The position numbers and the translations under genes are program-made. A DNA stretch of 64,000 bases, from positions 18,044 to 82,043 of the forward strand of contig JAEUTU010000026.1 in assembly GCA_016786925.1 (NCBI GenBank). Direction: 5' to 3'. The notes under the pieces are model-generated. The model saw only the letters and a list, made by a program, of their open reading frames with translations, was not told the origin of the DNA and made no database searches. Numbering within the stretch: the stretch's first letter is position 1; each line of letters opens with the position of its first letter. This stretch comes from Bacteroidia bacterium (lineage in GTDB: Bacteria > Bacteroidota > Bacteroidia > 2-12-FULL-35-15). Shown here one piece after another: positions 42,201 through 51,619 of the stretch.

Positions 42201-43563
42201 CGGTGCTGAAGTACAGCGTCCTTTGGCAACAGTGGTGATCGGTGGACTCTTGATCGCAACATTTTTAACTTTATTTGTTTTGCCTACACTCTACATCCTG
42301 TTTGAAAAAGGCTTCGATAAAAAAAGCAAAAAGATCCAACCTGTTTCAGCTATCGTATTGGTAATTGCTGCATGGTCGTTCACTGCATCAACAGCCCATG
42401 CACAACAACCTATTGCTTTAAAAGCAGCTATCGATTCGGCTTATAACAACAACTTATTGCTGAAATCGGATAAGTTGAATGTAGATGCCTATGCTAAATT
42501 GAAACACTCTGCATGGGATCTTCCGCAAACAGAAGTAATAGGAGAGTATGGTCAGGTAAACAGTGCATACACGGATACCAAGTTTGGAATAGCGCAAAGC
42601 TTTAAATTCCCTACGGTGTATCTCAAACAGAAAAGTGTGCTGACGAATGAATGGAAAAATGCGGAGTTGAACTTAGAAGCCAGAAAAGCAGAGTTGAAAA
42701 AAGAAGTGAGTACCACCTATTATGAATTACTTTACACCATGCGTTTAAAAAAGGTGTTGACCGAAACCGACAGCATCTATTCCTTGTTCCTTAAAAATGC
42801 AGAGTTAAAATTCGCAAAAGGAGAAAGCAATATCCTTGAGCGCAACATGGCCGAAGCAGAGCGCGGACAGATCCGCATACAGTTGCAACAGATCGAGATG
42901 GAGTACAATAAACTGCTGAGCGACATGGCTTTGCTCTTGAATACCAAAGTGATCTATGTGCCGGATACAAATGCAGAAGAGTTAAATGCGACTTTGGTTG
43001 CCGATTCATCGTCTATCGCACAGCATCCATTCATCAAACAATTGGAATTGCAAAATGCCATCAGTCGCTCGAAGTTAAAATTGGAAAAAGCGAAGATGCT
43101 TCCCGATCTTTTTGCCGGCTACAATAACATGAGCATCACCGGAGTTGGTGCCGATAATGTGTATTACAGTTCCTCTGCACGTTTTCAGTCTGTTCAGGCT
43201 GGTGTTGGTATTCCATTGTTCTTTGGTGCTCAACGCTCCCGCATCAGTGCCATGAAGATCGATCAGCAGATCTCAGAAAATAATAAGCAGGCGGGAGAAA
43301 TGATGTTTCAGACAAAATATAGAAAAGCAGTGCAGGAGTACAATGCCAATTTGAAAATTGTGGAGTATTATAAAACCACTGCCAATAAAAATGCAGATGA
43401 AACGCTTGTTGCTGCTAACCTGCAATATATGAATGGTAACATCAATTACCTGGAATGGGTTATGCTCAGCAACCAGGTGGTGGCTACCAAAGCAGAATAT
43501 CTGAATGCATTGAGAAAATTGAACAACAGCATAGTTGAAATAAATTACATCACTAATAAGTAA
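39202..43563 (+). CDS. CusA/CzcA-family heavy-metal RND pump fused in-frame to a TolC-like outer membrane factor (OMF)
   Basis: The first roughly 1040 aa are RND permease, with 12 TM segments and two large periplasmic loops. A linker and hydrophobic segment follow (VSAIVLVIAAWSFTASTAHA). The last roughly 390 aa form an OMF/TolC-like domain with coiled-coil repeats. Confidence 0.8.
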   Translation: MLNKIIEFSVKNKLIIGLFIIALIAYGSYQFTKLPIDAVPDITNNQVQVITVAPSLGATDIERLITFPIELANSNISGLHEIRSFSRFGLSIVTIVFDDDIDVYWARQQVAERLQQVQDELPKGVANVSLGPVTTGLGEIYQYSVRAKEGYEHKYDAMELRTIQDWVVRRQLLGVKGVADVSSFGGKLKQYEIAVEPAKLKAYNITINDVFAALESNNQNTGGAYIEKGPTVLYIRSEGLVGSVDDIKSVFIKNTSNGTPLLIRDVADVRYGYATRYGAMCYNDKGEVAGAVVMMLKGENSSEVIKNVKERVAKIQKTLPEGVVLEPFLDRTKMVNNAIGTVETNLIEGALIVLFVLVLFLGNIRAGLLVASVIPLAMLFAIILMNLFGVSGNLMSLGALDFGLIIDGAVIIVEALLHTIQHNKKLTAGSVMSSSEMDSQVKHSAGKMMNSAVFGQIIILVVYLPIFFLEGIEGKMFKPMVQTVVFALLGAFVLSLTYVPMMSALIISKKISHKKTFSDRMIEWIERKYQKALEKVLAFPKVVITTALSLFAIALLVLSNMGGEFIPALEEGDFAVETRVLTGSNLTTTIESTQRAAKILKERFPEVEQVVTKIGSGEIPTDPMPMEAADMMVILKDKKEWTSAKNFPELSEKMSAAVSEVPGITTSFQFPVQMRFNELMTGAKQDVVCKIFGENMDTLARYAQQLGEMVATVEGAKNIYVEPVSGMPQVIIEYNRAAIAQYGLNIIDINRVVNTGLAGQTTGAVYEGEKKFDMVVRLDGEQRKNMDDIKNLLIPTAQGTQIPLYQLANVELKEGPNQIQREDAKRRIIVGFNVKDRDVQSIVTELQSKVEKGIKFPAGYYVTYGGAFENLNAAKARLSITVPISLLLIFLLLYFSFNSIKQGLLIYSAIPLSAVGGIFALALRDMPFSISAGVGFIALFGVAVLNGIVLIAEFNRLKEEGWSDTRKIVLMGTKIRLRPVLMTAFVASLGFLPMAISNGAGAEVQRPLATVVIGGLLIATFLTLFVLPTLYILFEKGFDKKSKKIQPVSAIVLVIAAWSFTASTAHAQQPIALKAAIDSAYNNNLLLKSDKLNVDAYAKLKHSAWDLPQTEVIGEYGQVNSAYTDTKFGIAQSFKFPTVYLKQKSVLTNEWKNAELNLEARKAELKKEVSTTYYELLYTMRLKKVLTETDSIYSLFLKNAELKFAKGESNILERNMAEAERGQIRIQLQQIEMEYNKLLSDMALLLNTKVIYVPDTNAEELNATLVADSSSIAQHPFIKQLELQNAISRSKLKLEKAKMLPDLFAGYNNMSITGVGADNVYYSSSARFQSVQAGVGIPLFFGAQRSRISAMKIDQQISENNKQAGEMMFQTKYRKAVQEYNANLKIVEYYKTTANKNADETLVAANLQYMNGNINYLEWVMLSNQVVATKAEYLNALRKLNNSIVEINYITNK

Positions 43564-43569
43564 ACGGTC

Positions 43570-44700
43570 ATGAAAAAATATATAGGAATTTTAGTTTCTG
43601 CAACATTATTAATGTCATGTGGAAACGATACACCAACAGAATCAGCTACAGCTGAACAACCTTTAGAAAGCATCATTCAGTTGACAGATGCGCAATTGAA
43701 AAATTCAAAGATCGCTACAGGCAAATTGGAGAAACGCGCCATCTCTTCAGTATTTAAAGTAAATGGCAGTATCGATGTGCCACCGCAAAACATGGTATCC
43801 ATCAGTGTGCCACTGGGCGGCTTTCTTCGATCCACTAAGTTGTTGCCGGGTATGCATATTTCCAAAGGAGAAGTGATCGCTACCATGGAAGATCAGCAAT
43901 ACATTCAATTGCAGCAGGAGTATTTAACAACACTTTCGGCATTGAAATATTCCGAAGCGGAATATCAACGTCAGAAAGAATTGAATGCCAGCAAAGCATC
44001 CAGCGATAAAGTGTTTCAACAGGCCGAGGCCGATTATAAAGCACAAAAGATCAGTTTACGTTCTCTGTCCGAAAAATTACAATTGATAGGAATTGATCCT
44101 ACTAAATTGGATGAGTCGAATCTTTCCAGAAGCATTTCCATCAAATCGCCTATCGATGGTTATGTGTCGGATGTGTTTGTGAATGTGGGTAAATATGTAA
44201 ATCCATCCGATGTGTTATTTGAGTTGGTGAATCCGGAAGACATTCATTTGGGATTGACCGTGTTTGAAAAGGATCTTTCCAAATTGTATATCGGACAAAA
44301 AGTATTGGCCTATACGAACAATGATCCCGGTAAAAAATATCTGTGTGAGATCATTTTAATTGGTAAGAACCTTTCTGCCGAACGAAGTGTGGAAGTGCAT
44401 TGCCATTTCGATCAATATGATAAATCATTGATCCCGGGCATGTTCATGAATGCCGATGTTGAAGTAAAGAGTCTGGAAGCCATTGCATTGCCCGATGATG
44501 CCATTGTTAATTATGGCAATACGCATTACATCTTCAAGAAAAAGGAAAACACCGTTTTTGAAATGATGGAAGTGCAAATTGGTAATTCTGAATCGGGTTA
44601 CACCGAAGTGCTATTGCCAGAAAAAGACAGGCAATCAGAGTATGTGGTAAAGGATGCGTATACCATTTTAATGAAGAGTAAAAATACGGAAGAAGAATAA
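43570..44700 (+). CDS. RND efflux periplasmic adaptor (CzcB/CusB, HlyD family) lipoprotein
   Basis: Lipobox LLMSCGN. Coiled-coil hairpin and beta-barrel regions. 376 aa. Confidence 0.8.
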   Translation: MKKYIGILVSATLLMSCGNDTPTESATAEQPLESIIQLTDAQLKNSKIATGKLEKRAISSVFKVNGSIDVPPQNMVSISVPLGGFLRSTKLLPGMHISKGEVIATMEDQQYIQLQQEYLTTLSALKYSEAEYQRQKELNASKASSDKVFQQAEADYKAQKISLRSLSEKLQLIGIDPTKLDESNLSRSISIKSPIDGYVSDVFVNVGKYVNPSDVLFELVNPEDIHLGLTVFEKDLSKLYIGQKVLAYTNNDPGKKYLCEIILIGKNLSAERSVEVHCHFDQYDKSLIPGMFMNADVEVKSLEAIALPDDAIVNYGNTHYIFKKKENTVFEMMEVQIGNSESGYTEVLLPEKDRQSEYVVKDAYTILMKSKNTEEE

Positions 44701-44731
44701 TTTCTATATTTGTGCTATAAAACTATTCCTT

Positions 44732-45193
44732 ATGAAAAAATTAGTCTTCTTATCTTGCTTATTGCTTGGAACATATTCCTATGCACAAAAGGTAAATTCC
44801 GATAATTTGCCTGAACCGGTAAAAACTGCTTTTAAAGCAAAATTTGCAGATGTTAAAAAGGCAAAATGGGAAATGGACTATGAAAATTACGAAGCAGAGT
44901 TCAAATACAATAAGAATGAAATGTCGGCTAAGTTTGATAAAACAGGAAAATGGCTGGAGACGGAATACATGATCCTTCCATCGGATCTGCCTCAAGCGGT
45001 AAAAGAGTATATGAATTCCAACTTTGCAGGTTTTGAAATTAAGGAAGCCGAAAAAGTGGAGACAGCTGATAAAGGCATTTTGTATGAATTAGATATCAAA
45101 AAGGGAGAAGCAAAGTACGAGATCTCCATCTCCGAAACCGGCAAATTGATCAGCCGTACAGATGCGAACTCTGACGAGAAAGCTAAATACTAA
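44732..45193 (+). CDS. PepSY-like (DUF2874) secreted protein
   Basis: Signal peptide. Duplicated LP..VK...KAKFA / LPQAVKEYMNSNFAG segments typical of this family. Confidence 0.55.
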   Translation: MKKLVFLSCLLLGTYSYAQKVNSDNLPEPVKTAFKAKFADVKKAKWEMDYENYEAEFKYNKNEMSAKFDKTGKWLETEYMILPSDLPQAVKEYMNSNFAGFEIKEAEKVETADKGILYELDIKKGEAKYEISISETGKLISRTDANSDEKAKY

Positions 45194-45206
45194 AATAGTA
45201 TCCAAT

Positions 45207-45241
45207 AAAAAAAGCCCCGGTCTATCGATCGGGGCTTTTTT
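45207..45241. terminator. Bidirectional rho-independent terminator
   Basis: aaaaaaagccccggtctatcgatcggggctttttt between convergent genes. Confidence 0.7.
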
Positions 45242-45258
45242 AATAATATATCTTAAGC

Positions 45259-45678
45259 TTAGAAACGCTCTAATTTTGAAAAGAAGAAATCTCCTTCAAT
45301 TTGTGCATTCTCATCGCTATCAGAACCATGAACTGCATTGGCTGCAATTGACTTCGCATAGATCTTACGGATCGTTCCTTCGTCAGCTTTCGTTGGGTCA
45401 GTTGCTCCGATCAAAGTACGGAAATCAGCTACTGCATTGTTCTTTTCCAAGATAGCAGCAACGATCGGACCGCTGCTCATATACGTTACTAACTCACCAT
45501 AGAACGGACGCTCTTTGTGTACTTCATAGAATTTACCTGCTGCCTCAGCCGATAACTTAGTATATTTCATTGCTACAATGCGGAAACCTGCATCGTTAAT
45601 CATTTTTAAAATTCCTCCAATGTAGTTGTTTTCAACTGCATCAGGTTTGATCATTGTAAATGTTCTGTTAGTTGCCAT
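45259..45678 (-). CDS. ndk: Nucleoside diphosphate kinase
   Basis: [10 protein letters not shown] start. Catalytic NAVHGSDS. 139 aa. Confidence 0.95.
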   Translation of the reverse strand: MATNRTFTMIKPDAVENNYIGGILKMINDAGFRIVAMKYTKLSAEAAGKFYEVHKERPFYGELVTYMSSGPIVAAILEKNNAVADFRTLIGATDPTKADEGTIRKIYAKSIAANAVHGSDSDENAQIEGDFFFSKLERF

Positions 45679-45832
45679 TTCTGTTTTATTTATTGTGTTA
45701 TTGAATTTCTATTGATCTGATTCGGGCGCGAAATTAGAAAAAATATCTATACAAAATATGTTAACAGGGCTTAATTCGATAATTTTCGCCTTATTATTTA
45801 TCGTAAATTTGTAAGCATTAAAAATTGAATAC

Positions 45833-46849
45833 GTGAACGCAAAACAAGTAAAAGAGGTAAAAAGTTTATTAGCTAAACCAAAACATATAGTTATCGTTAC
45901 CCATTGGTCGCCCGATGGCGATGCCATGGGCTCTTCCCTTGGATTATACAATTACCTGATCCAGAAAGATCATAAAGTAACCGTGATCACTCCAAACGAT
46001 TATCCGGCTTTCCTTTCCTGGATGCCGGGCGATAAAAAAGTGATCGATTTTTCAAAGAAAGCGGCTACTGCTAAAAAGCTGGTTGCGCAAGCGGAGCTTA
46101 TCTTTTGTCTCGACTTTAATTCATTAAAACGTATTGATAAACTGGGTGATGAAGTGGCTAAAAGCAAAGCCATCAAATTCATTATCGATCATCACTTGCA
46201 GCCCGAAGATTTTGCAAAATACATGTTGCACAATGTGGGCGCTTGCTCCACCTGCGAACTGATCTATGAGTTCATTTCATTGATGGGCGACAAAAAACTT
46301 TTGAATAAGGACATTGCGAATTGTTTGTACACGGGCATCATGACCGATACCGGCTCTTTCCGTTTTCCTTCTACCACTACCAAAACACATGCGATCATTG
46401 CCGACCTCATGAAAGCAGGAGCAGAGAACTCCGAGATCCACAACCGCATCTACGATGGTAATACCGTTGATAAGATCAAGCTATTGGGCTATTGCCTAGG
46501 CGAGAAGCTTACTGTGATGAAAGAGCTCAATACCGCTTATTTCAGCTTAACAGATAAAGAACTTAAGAAATTCAATTATAAAAAAGGCGATACCGAAGGT
46601 GTGGTGAATTATGCACTATCCATTGAAGGGATCAAGTTTGCAGCCTTCTTTGTAGAACGCGATGGCATCATCAAAACATCCTTCCGTTCCAAAGGAAGCT
46701 TTAATGTGAATCTGTTTGCCCGTGCTCATTTTGAAGGTGGCGGCCATGCCAATGCTGCCGGTGGAATGAGTCCATTGAGCATGAAGGATACACTCAAAAA
46801 ATTTGTGTCCATCGTTCCAACCTATAAAAAAGAACTGACAAAAAAATAG
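45833..46849 (+). CDS. nrnA: DHH-family oligoribonuclease / pAp phosphatase NrnA
   Basis: DHH motif (FIIDHH). C-terminal DHHA1 with the GGGH motif (FEGGGHANAAGG). 338 aa. Confidence 0.8.
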   Translation: MNAKQVKEVKSLLAKPKHIVIVTHWSPDGDAMGSSLGLYNYLIQKDHKVTVITPNDYPAFLSWMPGDKKVIDFSKKAATAKKLVAQAELIFCLDFNSLKRIDKLGDEVAKSKAIKFIIDHHLQPEDFAKYMLHNVGACSTCELIYEFISLMGDKKLLNKDIANCLYTGIMTDTGSFRFPSTTTKTHAIIADLMKAGAENSEIHNRIYDGNTVDKIKLLGYCLGEKLTVMKELNTAYFSLTDKELKKFNYKKGDTEGVVNYALSIEGIKFAAFFVERDGIIKTSFRSKGSFNVNLFARAHFEGGGHANAAGGMSPLSMKDTLKKFVSIVPTYKKELTKK

Positions 46850-46852
46850 ATC

Positions 46853-47395
46853 ATGCTGAGTTTAAATAAATACATTGTTTTACTGGTTGGTTCTTCCTTG
46901 CTGTTGGGTGCATCCTGCGGAAATGATAGCAGCAAAGCTACCCAGCAAACAAATATTCAAAGCAAAGAGTTTCAGGACAAACTCATTGAAGCCAATAAAA
47001 TGTATGTGAAGCGCGAAAGCGATGAGATCGATCAGTACGTGAAACACCGTGGCTGGAACATGATCACCACCGGAACCGGATTACGTTACATGATCGTGAC
47101 ACAAGGTAAAGGTGAGCTGGCAAAGCCCGAGCAATTGGCCAAAGTAAATTACAAAGTAAGTTTACTGGATGGCACTGTTTGTTATACCTCCGAAAAGAAC
47201 GGACCGAAAGAATTCATGGTAGGGAAGGACAATGTAGAAAGCGGCCTGCACGAAGGCATTCAATACATGCATGTAGGCGATAAAGCCATTTTGATATTGC
47301 CATCTCATTTGGCACATGGACTTTTAGGCGATGATAACAAGATCCCGGCTAAATCATCGGTGATGTATGAATTAGAATTATTGTCATTGCGATAA
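46853..47395 (+). CDS. FKBP-type peptidyl-prolyl isomerase lipoprotein (GldI-like size)
   Basis: Lipobox LLLGASCGN. FKBP core at the C-terminus (YELELLSL). Confidence 0.7.
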   Translation: MLSLNKYIVLLVGSSLLLGASCGNDSSKATQQTNIQSKEFQDKLIEANKMYVKRESDEIDQYVKHRGWNMITTGTGLRYMIVTQGKGELAKPEQLAKVNYKVSLLDGTVCYTSEKNGPKEFMVGKDNVESGLHEGIQYMHVGDKAILILPSHLAHGLLGDDNKIPAKSSVMYELELLSLR

Positions 47396-47396
47396 G

Positions 47397-48299
47397 ATGA
47401 AGCGTATTTCCCTTGTACTTTCTTTTTTACTCCTGCTGGGTTTCAGTTCCTGTTTCAGAGATTCCGACTTTGAAGGATATACCAAGACCGATACCGGCCT
47501 GCATTATAAATTATTGATGATAGGCGAGGGGAAACGTAAACCTACTTTTGGCGAGTTACTTCAACTGAATATCACTTACAAAACCATGTCCGATTCGGTG
47601 TTTCTGGATTCTTATTCCATCAATGAAACAGGCATGGTTATTTTGCCATTCAATCATTCTTCCTTCAAAGGCAGTTTTGAAGAAGGTTTGCTGAACATGT
47701 GCGAGGGCGACAGCGTTTCCTTTATTGTGGATGCCAAACCCTTGTTTAAGGAGTTTTTTAAAGCCGAATTGCCTTACTTTTTGAAGGAAGGCGACAAAGT
47801 AAAAATGGAAGTGAAGCTGAATCGTATCCTGGATCAAAAACAATATGAGCAGGAAATTGTTCGGTATAAAGAACTGTTGGAAGACCGTGATATTGAGGAA
47901 CAACGGATCCTGCAGGTGTATCTGGATACCATACAGGGAACATTTACCCCGCTGGAAAACGGCATGTATTATCAGCCGGTACAACAGGGTGCAGGCGATC
48001 TGGTAGAAAGTGGCGATCTGGTAAGGGTACATTTTAAGGGCAGTTTCCTGAACGGACGCACCTTTGAGTCCACTTATGAGCGTAACCAGCCCATGGAATT
48101 TACATTCGGGGAACAGGGGCAGGTGATCAAAGGATTGGAAGCTGCAATAAGTTTATTAAATGAGGGTGCACAAGCAAAATTTATCATACCTTCGCACCTT
48201 GCTTACGGAGAAAATGGATCATCCACGGGTGTCATTCCTCCTTATACAACTTTAGTGTACGAAATTGAATTACTTAAATTAACAAAACATAATAATTGA
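47397..48299 (+). CDS. FKBP-type PPIase lipoprotein, two FKBP-like domains
   Basis: Lipobox GFSSCF. The C-terminal domain carries the FKBP signature (IKGLEAAISLLNEGAQAKFIIPSHLAYG). Confidence 0.7.
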   Translation: MKRISLVLSFLLLLGFSSCFRDSDFEGYTKTDTGLHYKLLMIGEGKRKPTFGELLQLNITYKTMSDSVFLDSYSINETGMVILPFNHSSFKGSFEEGLLNMCEGDSVSFIVDAKPLFKEFFKAELPYFLKEGDKVKMEVKLNRILDQKQYEQEIVRYKELLEDRDIEEQRILQVYLDTIQGTFTPLENGMYYQPVQQGAGDLVESGDLVRVHFKGSFLNGRTFESTYERNQPMEFTFGEQGQVIKGLEAAISLLNEGAQAKFIIPSHLAYGENGSSTGVIPPYTTLVYEIELLKLTKHNN

Positions 48300-49255
48300 A
48301 AATGAAGATCTCTAAAAAACTAGTATTTGCATCAGTAGGTGCTGCTTTAATGTTTAGTGCATGCGACAATTCACCATACCCTGGTTACGAAATGTCAGAA
48401 TCAGGTTTGTATTCTCAGTTCTACAATCACGATGAAGCCGGAGTTACTCCAAAAGAAGGTGATGTAGTAAAATTGATCATGTCGTACCGTAACTCAAAAG
48501 ATTCGATCCTATTCGATTCTAAAAAAATGGGTCGTTCTGAAGATGGAACCATCGAGTTCCCTTTAACTAAATCTACATTTAAAGCAAGTTTTGAAGAGGC
48601 ATTAGGAACAATGGCAGTAGGTGATAGCGCTAGCTTCAAGATCAGCGCTGACTCTGTTTACTTAAAAACATTCATGGTGCAGGAATTACCTGCCTACATC
48701 GAAAAAGGAAGTATGTTGACTTTCGAAGCGAAGTTGGTAAAGATCACCAGCAAAGAAGAAGCAATGAAAGAACAACAAAAACGTCAGGAAGAACAAAAAG
48801 TGATGATGGAATTGGCGAAGAACGAAGAAGGAAAGATCCTGGCAAAATATTTAGAGGATAACAAGATCACTGCTAAGCCAACAGCTAGCGGATTGATCTA
48901 TGTGGAAACGAAGAAAGGAAGCGGTTCAAAACCAACAGCCGGATCAATGGTGAAAGTAAACTATGTAGGGATGTTATTGGATGGAACCATCTTCGATACA
49001 AGTTTAGAAGACAGAGCAAAAGAAGCAGGATTGTATGACGAAAGAAGACCATACGAACCATTTGAATTTGCTTTAGGTACAGGTCAGGTGATCCCGGGTT
49101 GGGACGAAGGTATTGCATTAATGACACCGGGTTCAAAAGGTAAATTGATCATTCCTTCTGAATTAGCGTATGGTGCTCAAGGTGGCGGACCGATCCCTCC
49201 ATTCTCTTCATTAGTGTTTGAAGTAGAATTGATCAGCTTTTCAGCTGCTAAATAA
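48296..49255 (+). CDS. FKBP-type PPIase lipoprotein
   Basis: Lipobox MFSACDN. C-terminal FKBP domain (VIPGWDEGIALMTPGSKGKLIIPSELAYG). Confidence 0.7.
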   Translation: MKMKISKKLVFASVGAALMFSACDNSPYPGYEMSESGLYSQFYNHDEAGVTPKEGDVVKLIMSYRNSKDSILFDSKKMGRSEDGTIEFPLTKSTFKASFEEALGTMAVGDSASFKISADSVYLKTFMVQELPAYIEKGSMLTFEAKLVKITSKEEAMKEQQKRQEEQKVMMELAKNEEGKILAKYLEDNKITAKPTASGLIYVETKKGSGSKPTAGSMVKVNYVGMLLDGTIFDTSLEDRAKEAGLYDERRPYEPFEFALGTGQVIPGWDEGIALMTPGSKGKLIIPSELAYGAQGGGPIPPFSSLVFEVELISFSAAK

Positions 49256-49329
49256 TTTGGATTAAAAATTGATAATATCGGGGGCTGACTAAAATAGTCA
49301 GCCCTTTTTAAAACCTTAAAGATCATATC

Positions 49330-50532
49330 ATGAAGAAAGTATCCATTCTTTTCCTTGCCTTATTCAGCATCACGGCTGTGGCTCAGGAGAAAGTAAAAAA
49401 AGACGAGAATACAGTAAAAACAGTTAAAGTAAAAAAGCCGAAGACAATGAAAACAGCATCAGGTTTGGAATATACCATCACCGAAAAAGGAAATGGTAAA
49501 CGTCCACAAATTGGAGATAAAGTAAAAGTACACTACACCGGAAAATTATTGAATGACACCGTATTCGATAGCTCTGTAAAAAGAGGACAACCATTTGAAT
49601 TCAAATTAGGTGCCGGACAAGTGATCAAAGGATGGGATGAAGCATTTCAATTGTTGGATGTAGGCGATAAAGCTACTATCAAATTACCAGCTGATATTGC
49701 TTATGGTAACAGAGCAATGGGTTCTATTCCTCCAAATTCTACTTTGATATTTGATGTGGAATTGATCGACTTTAAAGAAGGTGTTCGTCCTTGGGATGGA
49801 AAAGGGAAAGATACTATCACTACTGCAAGTGGTTTGAAATACATCATCATCAAAGAGAACAAAGCAGGTGAGCAAGTAAAAGCAGGCGCACAGGCAACAG
49901 TTCATTACAGCGGTTATTTCAAAGATGGAAAGATGTTCGATTCTTCTGTGGAGCGCGGACAACCATTCAAAGTAAAAGTGGGTAAAGGACAAGTGATCAA
50001 AGGATGGGACGAAGGATTGGCTTTATTGCGTAAAGGTGAAAAAGCAAAATTATTCATTCCTTATCAATTAGGATATGGCGAGCAAGGTTATGGACCAATA
50101 CCTGCAAAAGCAGAATTGATCTTTGATGTGGAGATAGTAGATGTGCAGGAAGCAATGGTGCCTGTATTGTACGATGTATCTAAATTAGAAGCAAAGAAAA
50201 CAGCGTCCGGCTTAACATACTATGAAGTAAAAAGAAGCGGAAGCACCGTGAAGGCCGAAGCAGGTAAAACAGTGAAAGTACATTACTCCGGTTATTTGGC
50301 CGATGGAAAAATGTTCGATTCTTCCATTGAAAGAGGAGAGCCGATTGAGTTTCCATTAGGACAAGGCATGGTGATCCCGGGATGGGAGGAAGGTATTGCC
50401 TTAATGAATGTAGGTGATAAATTACGTTTGGTGATCCCGTATTACTTAGCGTATGGCGAACAAGGAAGAGAACCGATCATTCCTGCAAAAGCCGACCTTA
50501 CATTTGATGTAGAGTTAGTGGATGTAAAATAA
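49330..50532 (+). CDS. Secreted protein with three tandem FKBP-type PPIase domains
   Basis: Three internally similar repeats, each with V(K/T)VHY(T/S)G.L.DG..FDSS..RG.P.EF.LG.G.VI.GW.E. Confidence 0.8.
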   Translation: MKKVSILFLALFSITAVAQEKVKKDENTVKTVKVKKPKTMKTASGLEYTITEKGNGKRPQIGDKVKVHYTGKLLNDTVFDSSVKRGQPFEFKLGAGQVIKGWDEAFQLLDVGDKATIKLPADIAYGNRAMGSIPPNSTLIFDVELIDFKEGVRPWDGKGKDTITTASGLKYIIIKENKAGEQVKAGAQATVHYSGYFKDGKMFDSSVERGQPFKVKVGKGQVIKGWDEGLALLRKGEKAKLFIPYQLGYGEQGYGPIPAKAELIFDVEIVDVQEAMVPVLYDVSKLEAKKTASGLTYYEVKRSGSTVKAEAGKTVKVHYSGYLADGKMFDSSIERGEPIEFPLGQGMVIPGWEEGIALMNVGDKLRLVIPYYLAYGEQGREPIIPAKADLTFDVELVDVK

Positions 50533-50545
50533 GATTGATTATTAC

Positions 50546-50585
50546 ATAAAAAAAGCCTGAGCATTTGCTCAGGCTTTTTTGTTTT
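50546..50585. terminator. Rho-independent terminator; copy 1 of a perfect 40-bp repeat
   Basis: ataaaaaaagcctgagcatttgctcaggcttttttgtttt, identical to 52509..52548. Confidence 0.7.
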
Positions 50586-50618
50586 ATTAGAAACGCTATA
50601 ATCAACAGTTTAATGAAC

Positions 50619-51611
50619 CTAATCTTGATTGTTAAACTCTTGTATTAATTCCTTTAAAGCCTCTACGTCTAAATATGAAATAGTATCAATTCTTCCTTCT
50701 GGAGTAAACGTGATTTTTTTTCCCGGTGTTAATATGATTTTTTCTTCTTTATTTATAGTTTCAACTTCTAATTCTCCCTCTATTAAGAAAATTTCAGTGT
50801 AATTTTTGTCTGTGATATTTATCTTAAGCGTGGTTCCTCTAACACAGGCACAAGCTGCAGGTGTTCTTATATCTAATTTACATTTTCGTTTAATTGCTTC
50901 AAATAGGACTTGATCGTTTTTAACGATTGCCCATAATGCCCCTTTTATAAGTTTACTATAATCTAATCCTTCATTATTGGGAGTAAATGTTGTGTTTTCA
51001 TTTAGCTTGATTTTGTTTCCATTGTCATTTGAAAGCATTATTTCGGTACCTTTTCCTGTGGATAAAGTATCCTTTTTATTTAATGTGATATTCTCTATTT
51101 CCGAACAGTTGTAATATGTCTTCCCTACCCCATCTTTATAAATTGTTAATCCATTGTTTTTTATCTTACAATTAATAATTCTGTAAGAATTTGCAATTAG
51201 TTCTTTTTTATTGTTTGTAGGCAATCCTTTTAACTGTTGTTTTGTGTTTTGATGGTTAATTGCATTGATTGAATCTTGTGCATTTTGTCGGATCTTTTTG
51301 CGTGATTTATCTATTGCAGCTTGTTTGGCTTCTTCTTTAGCAACCCATTGATCAATTTGGTCGTTCAATTGAAATAATAGACCAAAAACTAATTGCTGTT
51401 CTTGATTGTTGTTGATCAATGGTGTTGTTGCTGATTGTCCCTGTGATTTGTTGTTATAGGGACAGTCAAGTGCGTGTTGGCCATTCATCTGTTTACAAGA
51501 AACACATTGAGCTCCGCTAACCGGTGGAACAGATTGTGAAAACACGTTTGTCTGGTTTGTAAAAGACAAACAGATCAATAGAAATGTTCTTAAAATGATT
51601 TTTTTGTACAT
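50619..51611 (-). CDS. Secreted FecR-domain-like protein
   Basis: Signal peptide starting at MYKKIIL. The C-terminal CVRGTTLKI...IFLIEGELEV resembles the FecR beta-sandwich motif (VRGT.F). Gln/Asn-rich linker. Confidence 0.45.
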   Translation of the reverse strand: MYKKIILRTFLLICLSFTNQTNVFSQSVPPVSGAQCVSCKQMNGQHALDCPYNNKSQGQSATTPLINNNQEQQLVFGLLFQLNDQIDQWVAKEEAKQAAIDKSRKKIRQNAQDSINAINHQNTKQQLKGLPTNNKKELIANSYRIINCKIKNNGLTIYKDGVGKTYYNCSEIENITLNKKDTLSTGKGTEIMLSNDNGNKIKLNENTTFTPNNEGLDYSKLIKGALWAIVKNDQVLFEAIKRKCKLDIRTPAACACVRGTTLKINITDKNYTEIFLIEGELEVETINKEEKIILTPGKKITFTPEGRIDTISYLDVEALKELIQEFNNQD

Positions 51612-51619
51612 ATAATTTG

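Noticed and set aside
39202-43563. Interpreting the 1453-aa ORF as two genes split by a sequencing frameshift
   Set aside because: The reading frame is continuous, with a plausible linker and a retained signal-peptide-like helix between the RND and OMF parts. Without read data, a genuine fusion is the simpler reading, but it is flagged for verification.
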